From positions 160,001 through 224,000 of the forward strand of contig CAWDSQ010000005.1 of NCBI GenBank assembly GCA_963804955.1: a stretch of 64,000 bases of DNA, read 5' to 3'. The stretch's first letter is position 1. Every line of letters starts with the position of its first letter. A program made the translations under genes and the position numbers. The notes under the pieces were generated by a model. The model saw only the letters and a list, made by a program, of their open reading frames with translations. It was not told the DNA's origin and did not search any database. Shown here one piece after another: positions 30,836 through 41,443 of this stretch. The stretch is from an uncultured delta proteobacterium (GTDB taxonomy: Bacteria > Desulfobacterota > WTBG01 > CAIYCZ01 > CAIRTM01).

Positions 30836-31104
30836 TGCAAGTCTCCTTTTTGTTAGCGGTTTTTATTGTCTTCAGAAAACCAGCTACTATGGCGATGGTT
30901 CCTGAAGAAGGCAACTCAAACACGCAGTGCGGGTAGTTGTTGACTGCCTGCATACTCTGCGTTTCCAGCCCTTCAGTTCATAGATGCTCACCTCCTTTGC
31001 CTGCTGAAAATAGTGCAGTGACTCCGCCATGGCGGAGTCACTGCAGCTGTATAAAAAAACGAAAAATCGGAACTCCTTTTGTATAAAGAGCACTCTACAA
31101 GGCC

Positions 31105-31357
31105 CTAGAAGCAGCCTGCCCATTTCGGAATCTCGCCGAAGGCTATGCCCAGCGCGTCCGCCACGCCCTTGCCATAGGCAGGGTCTGCCTTGAAGCAGTT
31201 GCCGATATGGCGGAACTGAATATCCCTGGGCGCAGTGCCGATGGACCTGGCCGTATTTTCAAAAAGAGCTTTCTGCTGCCGGCCCTGCGGTCATGACATT
31301 CTGGTTATCTGCTGCCGGTGCTCCGGTATTGTGGGTGAGCTTTTTTGTGTCAGCCAT
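31105..31357 (-). pseudogene. katA: Monofunctional catalase remnant with large internal deletion
   Basis: [26 protein letters not shown] joined out of frame near 31280 to [35 protein letters not shown]; not in the ORF track. Confidence 0.85.
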
Positions 31358-31582
31358 GGAGGCTCTCCCTGTTTAATGGTTTGGATACAGTGTTTTACAA
31401 TGATTACGGATGCTTTTGTCTGGTGGAGGTAAGCTCCTTTCAAATGTAGTGTAGACTTTTTCTTTTTCAAGCGTTTTTATACTAAAGAAGCTTTAGTGGC
31501 AGGAGTGTTGATTTTTAAATAATGAACACTTAAAGACTTTTATTATTTTATAAGAATGGTTTTCCAAATAGGGCAAAAAAAT

Positions 31583-32041
31583 TTAGGCCCGCTTTTGGCA
31601 TGCAGGGCACATGCCGAAAAAATCAAGCCTGTGCGATATGATTCTATAGCCTGTCTTTCGGCTCATTTCCGCGCTCAGGCTGTCAAGGCCCGCAAGTTCC
31701 GGATCCATAATTTTTCTGCACTGCATGCAAATGACATGCGGATGCGGAAACGGCCGGGTGCCGTCATAGCGGTTATTGCCATCATGAAAGCCCAGTTCCA
31801 GCACTTCGCCAATTTCCTTGAGCAGCGATACTGTTTTATAGACCGTTGCAAGGCTTGTAGTGGGAAATTCCACCCGCACCGCCTTATATATATCAGAGAC
31901 GCTCGGGTGCTCCTGGCTTGCCGCCAGTATGCGCAACACCGCATATCTCTGCGGCGTAATGCGAAAATCGCAGCTTTTCAGCTTTCCGATCATCGCTTCT
32001 ATGCGTTTCTGAGCTTCCGGTGTTATTTTGCGAGAGTTCAC
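31583..32041 (-). CDS. perR: Fur-family peroxide regulator (PerR-like)
   Basis: RITPQR, HPS, SLATVYKT, HPHVICMQC, CPAC; adjacent to catalase and peroxidase genes. Confidence 0.85.
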   Translation of the reverse strand: MNSRKITPEAQKRIEAMIGKLKSCDFRITPQRYAVLRILAASQEHPSVSDIYKAVRVEFPTTSLATVYKTVSLLKEIGEVLELGFHDGNNRYDGTRPFPHPHVICMQCRKIMDPELAGLDSLSAEMSRKTGYRIISHRLDFFGMCPACQKRA

Positions 32042-32160
32042 GATTTTTTAGGATAATGGATATTTGAAAATAGCTATTATTAAATATGTAGCCTGCCCCG
32101 GCACTTTTTTCAAGCTGTTTTGTGCTTTTTTTGGGCGGGGATCACGCGCTGTGAACAGGC

Positions 32161-33292
32161 TCAGCGGTTCGTATCTTCTGCGTGAAATACAGGGAGATGA
32201 ATGGTCAGGCAGGCGCCAATTATAAACGGCAGCCGCCAGTTCACCAGCCACAGCGCGCCGCCAAACAGCGGTATCACCACGGCTGAGATATGGTTTATCG
32301 TAAAGCCCACAGCCGTGCTCTGTGCCAGGTCTTTCGGGTCGGCTATTTTCTGCAGATAGGTGTTCAGGCCGATGGCGAAGTTGAAGAATATGCTGTCAAG
32401 CACGTACAGCGCAACCGCGACCCAGACATTTTCAATGAACGCATACCCGAGAAACAGTATCACCAGGCTTGCGCTTTCAAGACTGAGCACGACCTTTTCG
32501 CCATAGGTATTGATCGCCCGTGAAATATAGGGATTGGTAAGCCAGGTCAGGGCGTAATTCACCACATAAATACCGGCGATGGTCGTCACGCTGAGCCGGT
32601 ACTTTTCGACCAGCAGAAAAATAGCAAAGACGATGAAAATCTGCCGCCGCGCGCCGCTCAGAAAATTCAGGACATAATAGAGCCAGTACCTGCGCCGCAG
32701 CACAAGGCTGTTCTGCACATGGGCCGGGGCTGTCATGGGCCGGATTGAGCCACAGCATATAGCCGCCCGCGCAGCAGATAAAAATCCCCAGCAGCAGAAA
32801 ATTGATTTTATAGGGCAGCATAAAGGCAAGCAGCCAGATGATGCTCCCGACCGCAATATTTGCAAGTGCCCCGTAGCCGCGCAGCCGGGCAAACACAACA
32901 GGGGCCTCCTGCCGGGTGAAATACTGCACGGTGAGGGATTTGTTGATGGTTTCAAAATAGTGAAACCCGATGGACATGATGGTCGTTGAGAGCAGCAGGC
33001 CCGGAAATGTGGTGAGATAGCCGGTCGCGCCGATGCCGATGCCCATGAGGATTACCGACAGCGATGCCAGCCGGTATTCGCTGACAAGCAGCACGATATA
33101 CATGACCAGAAAGGTGAGAAAGCCGGGTATTTCCCGCACGCACTGGGCAGCACCTATCTGAAAGCCGTCGACGCCGATCACCTCTTTGGCAAAGTTTGTG
33201 AACAGCGCCATCCAGCCCTGCAGCCCCGCGCTGGCGCAGACCACAAGTATAAGTAGATAGCGATACATCGGGTTATGTTTAAGCTGCTGCAT
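32161..33292 (-). CDS. MFS transporter (frameshifted near 32720)
   Basis: VREIPG, IGFHYFET, FLSGARRQIF, GFTINHI; many TM segments. Confidence 0.85.
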
Positions 33293-33995
33293 GAAATCAT
33301 TTCTGCCGTAAGTTTTGAGCGGAAAAGTCTGTAGCGGGCGCCAACCCGCAGCAGGCAAACAATACCACACTACAGACCGGCAGGGCATGATATTTTCATT
33401 GTGCCTCTACCCCACTCAGCGGGTAGAATGCGCAGAGCGCACCGAATATTATAAGAAATGATGCGCAGCGCATACCTTGCCAGCCGTGTCGCAGGTGCAT
33501 ATTTTTTTTATCCCGGGTCCGCTGCTGCGGACTGCACCTGCACTCCAGCCTATTGTCTACAGCCTGTCTGGTCCGCATCAATGACTTTGCAGCTTTCCTG
33601 CCGAAAACAAACTCCTCGACACTTTTATTGAAATTTGCAATAAGCATTTAAGCTAAGGGCTGAAAGTTCCGGACGCCGCATCACTACTGGAAGTTTCTAA
33701 AGGGTAGGGGGGCCGGCGCAGTCACCTGCGGGGTTTTGCCGGTCTGTGTAAAACTCTGATGAAATTATATAATCATGGAAAGGCTGAACCGCTCTTTTAC
33801 CAATGCCCTTTCGGGAAATATTTTTATTGACGCCTGCACTATTCAGAATAATATCGGAGGCACCTGGTACCCTGTGTATCCGGGTATATCAATGCATGCT
33901 GAAACGCACATTGAGGTAGTTGATTCAGTGATAACGGAATAGCGATGCATTAACAAACGCGCACCTTTTCATGCAGGCTGTCCGAAAGTAATCGT

Positions 33996-34154
33996 ATGGC
34001 GCACGATTTAAAAAACTTTTTTAAATCGATCAACGAGATAAGCAGCCACGGCTTGTTATTATTTGTATCGCTGCTTGCAGCAGTGGTTTTATTCTGCCTG
34101 CTCCCGGCCCTCCTGCACCTGGCTATTATTCTTCTTGCCGTATTCTCCAAGTGA
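33996..34154 (+). CDS. Putative 52-aa membrane peptide
   Basis: MAHDLKNFFKSINEISSHGLLLFVSLLAAVVLFCLLPALLHLAIILLAVFSK; below the ORF-track cutoff. Confidence 0.45.
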   Translation: MAHDLKNFFKSINEISSHGLLLFVSLLAAVVLFCLLPALLHLAIILLAVFSK

Positions 34155-34261
34155 TTCAGCAGTTTTAAAAGCATCTGTTTCCCGGTATGACCCCGGCTTA
34201 AAAATTTTAAGCTGCAGTTCCGCCTTCTGTCCGCTCCGCAGTTTTGAATCTTGAATCATTC

Positions 34262-34390
34262 TCCCCGAACTCCCAACTCCACCAACCATCTGATGCTCCC
34301 AACTCAATCCGAACTCCAACCCTGAACTCCAACCCGAACTCCGAACCATCTGATGCTCCCAACTCCGAACTCCCAACTCCGAACTTCACA
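34262..34390. repeat. Degenerate heptamer tandem repeats (CCGAACT/CCCAACT) with two 22-bp copies
   Basis: Read directly; aaccatctgatgctcccaactc at about 34284 and 34344. Confidence 0.85.
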
Positions 34391-34750
34391 TCTCCGCCCC
34401 TGACCCTTAACCAATGCTAAGCTTTTTTAATAAAATAAAAAATCCCATTGAATAAAACACAAAATAATGGTTTGATGTTCAAACATTTTAAACTTACCCT
34501 GGGGGCTTCGTGAAAAGTAAGTTTATCATCTCCACCGCTGCTGCCACTAACGTACCACTGACACCTGATCCCCGAACCCTGACACCTAAAACAAGCGCTG
34601 CGCGGCGCGTATTCGCATGCCGGTCTATTAAAGCAAAACAGTCGGGAAAAACGAAATGGGGAAGTGTCTAAGTAGCGTGGTTCTTCATTGCGCTATACAG
34701 GCAAAAAAGTGGTGGCTGTTGTCTTTAATTATTTTCCAGGAGGAGCAGGC

Positions 34751-35557
34751 ATGCTGAAAAAAATACTTTTACGGACGGTAATCGTGCTTGCAGCACCACT
34801 GCTGCTTGCCGGCTGCACGATGTATGACAAAGATGCTATCATCGACGGCATCGAATTCGTGTACTGCCCGCCGGGGTCTTTTCTCATGGGCTGCCTGCCC
34901 GGTGAAGAAGGCTGCTCCACATCGGAGCAGCCGCAGCATACGGTGACATTCTCCAGCGGGTTTTATATTTCAAAATACGAGATCACGCAGAGGCAGTGGT
35001 TGGCGGTCATGGGAACGCGGCCATCACGCAATCGCCGGTTGCTGCTGTGCGCCACCGCCGATTCTCCCGTTGACAGCGTAACCTGGCCGGAAACCCAGGA
35101 GTTTATGACCGCTCTTAACGAGGCCCGGCCCGGCAGGCAGTATCGCCTGCCGTCCGAGGCCCAATGGGAATACGCCTGCAGGGCCGGAACGACAACCCGG
35201 TATTACTGGGGCGATGATCCTGATACTGCGCTCATGCCCGACTACGCCTGGGTGCCGGAGAACAGCCTCAGAAGGACGCATCCCGTGGGGCTGCTGGAGC
35301 CCAATGCCTGGGGCATTCACGACATGGGCGGCAATGTATGGGAATGGGTGCAGGATTACTGGTACAATGGGTATAACGGCGCGCCCGCCGACGGAACCGC
35401 CTGGGAGGCGGCCCCCTCGGAATTGCGCGTGGTGCGGGGCGGCAGCTACACGAATAACCGGGGCTGCCGTTCGGCTTTTCACGGCGGCTACAACCCGGAA
35501 ATACGCAACAGGGATTACGGTTTTCGCATCGTCTATAGCGGCACGGGCGCGCCCTGA
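34751..35557 (+). CDS. FGE-sulfatase (SUMF1) domain lipoprotein
   Basis: LLAGC lipobox, FYISKYEITQ, RLPSEAQWEYACRAG, DMGGNVWEW, RGGS, GFR. Confidence 0.92.
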   Translation: MLKKILLRTVIVLAAPLLLAGCTMYDKDAIIDGIEFVYCPPGSFLMGCLPGEEGCSTSEQPQHTVTFSSGFYISKYEITQRQWLAVMGTRPSRNRRLLLCATADSPVDSVTWPETQEFMTALNEARPGRQYRLPSEAQWEYACRAGTTTRYYWGDDPDTALMPDYAWVPENSLRRTHPVGLLEPNAWGIHDMGGNVWEWVQDYWYNGYNGAPADGTAWEAAPSELRVVRGGSYTNNRGCRSAFHGGYNPEIRNRDYGFRIVYSGTGAP

Positions 35558-35577
35558 AAAACCGGCAGCCGGAAGAA

Positions 35578-35645
35578 GGGTGGGTAAAACCCACCATCAA
35601 TGATTGAAATAACAGATGGGTTCCGCGACGCTGCACCCGCTACAG
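35578..35645. repeat. Degenerate REP-like doublet; relatives near 37358-37430, 39324-39441, 41317-41390, 44680, 48014
   Basis: gggtgggtaaaacccacca..cgctgcacccgctac; shares accatcaatgattgaaa with the 37375 copy. Confidence 0.6.
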
Positions 35646-35716
35646 ACTTATTTAAAAAACAACCGGGGCAAACGGAACAGTGAAGTGTCCCTGATTTTCG
35701 AAAGAGAAGGATACGC

Positions 35717-36000
35717 ATGCTGAAACTTGTGCCGGAAAATAAGCTGCTGCGCTTCGCGCTGGGCCTGTTCACGCTGCTGGTGCTGCCGGGCTGCGCGACC
35801 AGCCAATGGTGAGAATACAATCCGGCGCCAAACCGCCGGCAGATGCCTTCGTTGCGGTGAATTACAGTGATCACTGGTTCTGGATCGATAACAGCGACTA
35901 CCATTCCAAGGCTGTTTTCAGCTTTCTGATGCTGCTGACCTCGCTGGCCCAGACCGGCGTGGCGCCGCAAACACCCGTAATTACCGTTCCGGCTTCCTGA
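35717..36000 (+). pseudogene. Lipoprotein remnant: signal peptide fused out of frame to a C-terminal fragment
   Basis: MLKLVPENKLLRFALGLFTLLVLPGCATSQW* overlapping VRIQSGAKPPADAFVAVNYSDHWFWID..ITVPAS*. Confidence 0.6.
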
Positions 36001-36053
36001 AAAAAAACAGGCGGGTGAATTTGCGTGCGATAATTCCTTAAAACCTGTTGATT

Positions 36054-36074
36054 TGTAACAATTTTTTGGTTACA
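36054..36074. promoter_or_regulatory. Toxin-antitoxin operator palindrome
   Basis: TGTAAC-N9-GTTACA immediately before the toxin ATG. Confidence 0.6.
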
Positions 36075-36077
36075 TAT

Positions 36078-36344
36078 ATGGTATATGAAATTCTGGTCAG
36101 CAAAAAGGTTTTAAAGAATATTGAAAAAATGCCGGCGCCCGTTCAAAAGAAGCTGGTAAACCTTATTGACGACCTTCGTGACAGAGGGCCTCTGCGCAGT
36201 GAGTGGCCGAATTACAGCAAACTTGGAGCAGACAGCTATCATTGCCATCTTGCCCATAAGTGGGTTGCATGCTGGCAGTGGAGGAAACAGTCAATCATTA
36301 TAGAGGTGTATTATGCAGGCAGTCGTGAAAACGCCCCATATTGA
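36078..36344 (+). CDS. RelE/HigB-like toxin
   Basis: 88 aa, basic; YHCHL..WVACW..IEVYYAGSRENAPY; overlaps an HTH gene. Confidence 0.75.
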   Translation: MVYEILVSKKVLKNIEKMPAPVQKKLVNLIDDLRDRGPLRSEWPNYSKLGADSYHCHLAHKWVACWQWRKQSIIIEVYYAGSRENAPY

Positions 36345-36681
36345 CATTACGATACGCGGCAATATTCCGGAAAAACTTCTTTTGGCGCTGAAAAAAGAAT
36401 ATGGCCGGAAAGTCCGTATTGTTGATGACTCCGAGAATACCCTGCTGCGAGCTGTTGATACCGACTGGTATAAAAAAACAAAGGCCTCGATTCAGCCCGG
36501 TGACAATATGAAGCTCTACCGGGACCTGCATAAAATGACACAGGCTGAACTCGGCGAAAAACTCGGCGGCCTTCCCCGGCAGCATATTTCAAACATGGAA
36601 CGAGGCATGCGGGCCATCAGCCTTGCTACGGCAAAAAAACTGTCCGCTTTGTTTAAAGTCTCTGTTGAGCGGTTCATTTGA
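36313..36681 (+). CDS. XRE-family HTH antitoxin (HigA-like)
   Basis: MTQAELGEKLG..HISNMERG..AKKLSALF. Confidence 0.85.
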   Translation: MQAVVKTPHIDITIRGNIPEKLLLALKKEYGRKVRIVDDSENTLLRAVDTDWYKKTKASIQPGDNMKLYRDLHKMTQAELGEKLGGLPRQHISNMERGMRAISLATAKKLSALFKVSVERFI

Positions 36682-36746
36682 GGCCCAGTTAACGCAATAC
36701 CTGCAGCGTGTGTGCACCGCACACCATGGTGACGGAATAACCAATT

Positions 36747-37256
36747 ATGCAACTCATTTGTTGTACTAAAAAGCTGCAAAAAGAAATGGGCATCACCAAA
36801 TCCGCGCTCGCGGCAGCCTGGCCCTTGCATACCCGCCTCGGCCCATGGCACGCAAATCTTATTTTTATTGATCGGCGCAAATGCGCTCTGTTTACCAATG
36901 ATAAAACCCTTTTCAATTTCATCGCAGCTGATGTCTCTCGTGCTCAGATACGAAATCTTTCCGAATTGTTCAGGGGTTTTCTAACATGCGTGCTGGCTGA
37001 TGAGGGTTTCCCCCGGCCGGTCATAGAAGCCGTTATGGCCGAGCATGCTGATATCGCGTATGCCAATACCACTAGCAAAAGCGTGCTCGGCTCCATGAAT
37101 GATATAGCCAAAATGTATCACTATCATATTCTGTCCGAAGGCGGGGTACACAGCCCGGCGGTTCCGGCTATCATACGCCAGCTAAACCGAATGCCCTTGA
37201 GCGCTATCGGCTATGGCTACGCAATAGAGAAATTGAGAGCGCTGCTTTACAATTGA
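36747..37256 (+). CDS. Conserved hypothetical protein (DUF6933-like)
   Basis: CTKKL, LGPWHAN, SVLGSMND, LNRMP. Confidence 0.7.
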   Translation: MQLICCTKKLQKEMGITKSALAAAWPLHTRLGPWHANLIFIDRRKCALFTNDKTLFNFIAADVSRAQIRNLSELFRGFLTCVLADEGFPRPVIEAVMAEHADIAYANTTSKSVLGSMNDIAKMYHYHILSEGGVHSPAVPAIIRQLNRMPLSAIGYGYAIEKLRALLYN

Positions 37257-37577
37257 GCTGGCAGAGTGCTTGATGGGCAGGTTAGGGGACGTTGTTTACT
37301 TTGTTGAATTGCTTGCATGCGGGAGAGGAAAAGGGGAAAGCGCCCTTTAGTAAGAAGGCGGGGTTGGGGATACTACCATCAATGATTGAAAAAAAATCGG
37401 TTGGTTACGCTACGCTGCACTACCCTGCAGACTAGCCCTTTACGTGCCCATCCCGGCAGTCGTTCAAATTTTATTGACACCCGTTACCTCCTGGCGCATA
37501 CAATACAGAGAATGCCCCCCTCAAAGAGAAGACCGGCGCGCGCGTCGAACCAGGTAAACCAATCCGGAGGTGAAAAA

Positions 37578-38165
37578 ATGAAAGTATTGGGTTTTATGGC
37601 AAGTCCGAGAAAGGGCGGAAACTCAGACATGCTGCTTGAACGCTTTCTGGAAGGCGCGAGCTCTTCGGGTGCTGCAACGGAAAAGATCAGCCTCTATGAT
37701 TGCACCATTGAATACTGCCAGGGCTGCCACCTCAAATGCTGGGTTAACGATGACTGCTGCCCCCGGTGGCAGGATGACATGGACATGCTCCATGACAAGA
37801 TGGGCGCAAGCGATCTTCTCGTTTTTTCCTCGCCGGTGTATATGGGCGCGCCCCCGGCAAAGCTCATGGCGTTTTTTGAGCGGAGCATTGACCAGAAGAA
37901 AGTCAATCTTGAAACGCTGAAAGTGGAAAACAACAAGCTCCTCGGCAAAAAAGCGGTAGTGCTGCAGGTTAATTTTTTCAATGATACGGCGTACCAGAAG
38001 CTGCCCATGCTGGTGTATGCAAGGATACTCTCCGAAGTGTTCAAAATGAACATCGTCGGCAGCCTGGGCGTAGCGGATGTGAGAGAGCCCGGGGATATTG
38101 CTCGAAAGAAAGACTCCCTGCAGGAGGCCTATAACCTTGGCGCACAACTGTGCGCCCTGTCGTAA
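37578..38165 (+). CDS. Iron-sulfur flavoprotein (flavodoxin family)
   Basis: SPRKGGNS, CQGCHLKC..C, SPVY. Confidence 0.88.
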   Translation: MKVLGFMASPRKGGNSDMLLERFLEGASSSGAATEKISLYDCTIEYCQGCHLKCWVNDDCCPRWQDDMDMLHDKMGASDLLVFSSPVYMGAPPAKLMAFFERSIDQKKVNLETLKVENNKLLGKKAVVLQVNFFNDTAYQKLPMLVYARILSEVFKMNIVGSLGVADVREPGDIARKKDSLQEAYNLGAQLCALS

Positions 38166-38303
38166 TTGGCTGTATAATTATAAATTATAAGTAAAGGTTG
38201 CTTATTGACTCTTCTAAAATGCTTCAACCGGACTGCAAACTCCTGCTTTACTACTCTAAAGCACAGCCAGAATCAAAAACCCAACCGGCAAAAGGAAAAG
38301 CTC

Positions 38304-39320
38304 ATGAATACAGTTCTGATTAAAGTACCGCCCCTGGCTCTCATCCTCTTAACCGCTTTCGGCCTGTATTCCTGCGGCATGAAAGACAACAACCACTTTG
38401 ACGGCACCTGCACCGAGTTCAGCATGGATGGAAGCGGAGAGGATATACAGATCGACCGGGACCGGGGGCTGGCCTATATCTCTCTGTATGACAGGCAGGG
38501 CCTTGCAAACGATATACCTGTGCCGCCCGGTGACATCCTGGCGCTTGACCTGACAAAAACCCCTTTGGCAGGCACATCTGCACTTCTTGACGGGCCTGAA
38601 CTGCGGCCCCACGGCATAAGCCTGTTCATTGACCAGATCGGACAGCGTCATCTGTTTGTCATCAACCATCCGGAGGACCGCTCAACCGGTGCTGAAAAAA
38701 TTGAGCGCTACCGTGAAGAAACCCCCGGTGCATTCCGTCACGTCGAAACTTTTACAAGCCCCCTGATTACCCGTGCCAATGACCTGGTCGCTGTAGGCGA
38801 CCGCCAGTTTTATGTAGCCCAGGATGTTGACCGCTCAAGCGACGAAACACTGACCAGCCTTGTTTATTTTGACGGGGAAGACTACGCTGTGGCTGCAGAC
38901 GACATCCAGTCCGGCGGCGGCATCAATACGTCTGCTGACTACACGACCCTGTATATCTCCGAAACCAATGGAAAAACTATACGGGTTGTGTCCCGCGATG
39001 TATCTGATGGAAGCATTACTACTCTGCAGAATATAAACCTGGGCACCTCTCCTGACAATATCGATGTTGCCTCAGACGGTTCACTCTGGGTCGGCGCACA
39101 CTCCAAGGTTCTGGCACTGGTACTGCATTTCATCACCGGCAGCAAGTCTCCAACGCAGATACTGCGAATTGACCTCAGCGAATCAGAACCGCAGATTACA
39201 GAAATTTACCTGAATGACGGTGAAGAAATATCTGCCGGCAGCTGCGGCGCCACATACGGCAACACACTTCTGATCGGGTCCATCACTGCTAAAAAGCTGC
39301 TTATCTGTGAAATGGACTAG
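38304..39320 (+). CDS. Paraoxonase/arylesterase-like beta-propeller lipoprotein
   Basis: LYSC lipobox, GEDI, PHGISL, FVINH, NDL, PDNI, LWVGAH. Confidence 0.8.
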   Translation: MNTVLIKVPPLALILLTAFGLYSCGMKDNNHFDGTCTEFSMDGSGEDIQIDRDRGLAYISLYDRQGLANDIPVPPGDILALDLTKTPLAGTSALLDGPELRPHGISLFIDQIGQRHLFVINHPEDRSTGAEKIERYREETPGAFRHVETFTSPLITRANDLVAVGDRQFYVAQDVDRSSDETLTSLVYFDGEDYAVAADDIQSGGGINTSADYTTLYISETNGKTIRVVSRDVSDGSITTLQNINLGTSPDNIDVASDGSLWVGAHSKVLALVLHFITGSKSPTQILRIDLSESEPQITEIYLNDGEEISAGSCGATYGNTLLIGSITAKKLLICEMD

Positions 39321-39705
39321 CCCGCAGGTCGGGGTGAGGAACGAAACCCGACATCTTCATGCGGGAGCCATTGCGATTGAGCCCGGGGGCTGGTTTGATA
39401 GCTTTGATGTGTCGGGTTCGCTGCACTCAACCCAACCTGCGAACTAACCATTTTTCCGCATGGTACATTTATCCATCTGATGCCAACAGACATTTAATTT
39501 AAATAACCGGCGTTTGTTATTCTTTCTTCAAATGTCAAAGTTACCCCTCCTGCGAAAGCGTGAGAACAAAAAAACACCCTTTCCTTTACGATACTCCATT
39601 TAAGTGTTATTGAAATAACTGTAAGAACCGGAAACAGAGACCCAACGGGCACTGTATGTGTGCACCTGATGATTGTAAACACTTCATATGAAAAAGGGGA
39701 GAAGC

Positions 39706-40920
39706 ATGAAAAGAAACGCAGTATTGTTTTTGGTTGTTGTGGCAGTGATGTGCTTTACACGGCCCGCCGGGGCCGCCTTTACCAACCTCCTGCAGGACCC
39801 CGGTTTTGAAGCAAATACGCCCAATCCCTATTGGGATGAAGCCTCGACAAACTTCGGGACACCATTGTGCACGGGCGGGGCTTGCGGCACTGGCGCTGGA
39901 ACCGCAGGGCCGCGAACGGGTGCGGTCTGGGCCTGGTTCGGCGGCACAGCATCCTATGAGGCCGGGTCGCTGTCGCAAACCGTCACTATCCCCACCGGCG
40001 CTGCCAAGCTCGAATTTTATTTATGGTTCGGTTTAGCTGAACCAGGCAGCGATGCAACAGACCTGTTCAATGCCGAAATCGACAATGCCACCCTGTTTAC
40101 CACGAATGCGACTGAAATAGCCCTGTACCCGTCGTATACGCTGGTGAGCCTTGATGTCAGCGCTTATGCCGATAATGCTTCGCATACGGTGGTGTTTTCA
40201 TCGATAACCAGTGGCGAGACTGTAAATATCAACCTGGACGATGTGGCCCTGCTCAGTGAACCACCGGTTACTTTGAATATTGTAAAGTCCGGCGCCGGAG
40301 CCGGCACGGTTGCCAGCGCCGACGGCAAAATCAACTGCGGCAGCGACTGCACCGAAGAATATATACAAGGCACGGAGGTGAAGCTTACCGCAGCGGCTGC
40401 TCCCGGCTCAATCTTTACCGGCTGGAGCGGCGAGGGATGTTCGGGGCTGGATAACTGCACGCTGACTATGACTGATAATATGACCGACAATGGTACCGTG
40501 ACGGCGAATTTCGATGTGGCTGCAACGACAACAACCACGACTGCCTCGGCCTGTATTGACAATGACGGCGACGGTTATGGCGAGGGCTGCACCGCAGGCG
40601 ACGACTGCGACGATGACGATGCCTTTTATAGTGAAGTCTGCCCGGACTGCGAGGTGAAAATCATACCCAGGGCCCTGGGCTGGTTTCTGGGTGAAAAAGA
40701 AAAAACCCGGCGCCTGCTCGTCATCGGCAAGAGGAGTACGGAGTTTGACGACACAACGCCGGTTCGGTGGGAGTCCGGTGATATAACCGTGTTGAGCCAA
40801 CGCGTATTGTTTAAGCGGTTCATGTTTATGAAGGTGAGTGTTGACGGCGCAGCACTTGATAAGGGAGCGTACCGGGCACTGATAGGAACATGCTCGGCAA
40901 CACTGAACCTGGTGAGGTGA
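39706..40920 (+). CDS. Secreted modular protein (beta domain, InlB-B-like repeat, Thr linker, DxDGDG/Cys motif, 90-aa C-terminal domain)
   Basis: Signal peptide; GAGTV..INCGSDC..FTGWSG; CIDNDGDGYG..DCDD. Confidence 0.8.
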   Translation: MKRNAVLFLVVVAVMCFTRPAGAAFTNLLQDPGFEANTPNPYWDEASTNFGTPLCTGGACGTGAGTAGPRTGAVWAWFGGTASYEAGSLSQTVTIPTGAAKLEFYLWFGLAEPGSDATDLFNAEIDNATLFTTNATEIALYPSYTLVSLDVSAYADNASHTVVFSSITSGETVNINLDDVALLSEPPVTLNIVKSGAGAGTVASADGKINCGSDCTEEYIQGTEVKLTAAAAPGSIFTGWSGEGCSGLDNCTLTMTDNMTDNGTVTANFDVAATTTTTTASACIDNDGDGYGEGCTAGDDCDDDDAFYSEVCPDCEVKIIPRALGWFLGEKEKTRRLLVIGKRSTEFDDTTPVRWESGDITVLSQRVLFKRFMFMKVSVDGAALDKGAYRALIGTCSATLNLVR

Positions 40921-41443
40921 TCCCTTAAAAACGGCACAACTGGTAACAAGAAAGAGGGGTCAGACGGCTGCCCCCTCTTCATTAAAAAGGGGACAACAGC
41001 GCCCTTTAGGGAAAGCGAATAATCGGCCAGCAGGTGCAGGTTTGCATCCCGCTCTTCGATAAGCCCGCCGATGCGCCGGGGGAACACCAGCACCGAGCAC
41101 TCGGTACAGTTGTCATGCCCAGAAGTCCGCAGGGTGCGCCGTGCGCACCAATGACGGCTGTGGCGTGGATTATTGTGTTGCTATGTCAACGGTACACAAA
41201 ATCCGGTTGCCGGGGTGATTGTGTATTTTGATTGAGATTATTGGTGCTCACTGCGCACACTGCGGACTAAAACATAAAACCTGCCGCCTATCTCTTCATC
41301 ATCGGCGCAAGCTGGCAGGGTGGGTGCAACCCGCCATTAATGAATACATCAAATGAACCGGTGGTTTCGCTGCGCTGCACCCACAATACGGCTGTCAAAC
41401 TCTGCGAGCCCCCCGGCAGAGCCGGGGGGCTCGCTTTGATTAA

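Noticed and set aside
34262..34390. Mini CRISPR array
   Set aside because: Only two 22-bp copies, the spacer is itself heptamer repeat, and there are no cas genes.
34751..35557. FGE-sulfatase (CLec-fold) gene as a diversity-generating retroelement target
   Set aside because: No template repeat and no reverse transcriptase seen in the window; a remote DGR cannot be excluded.
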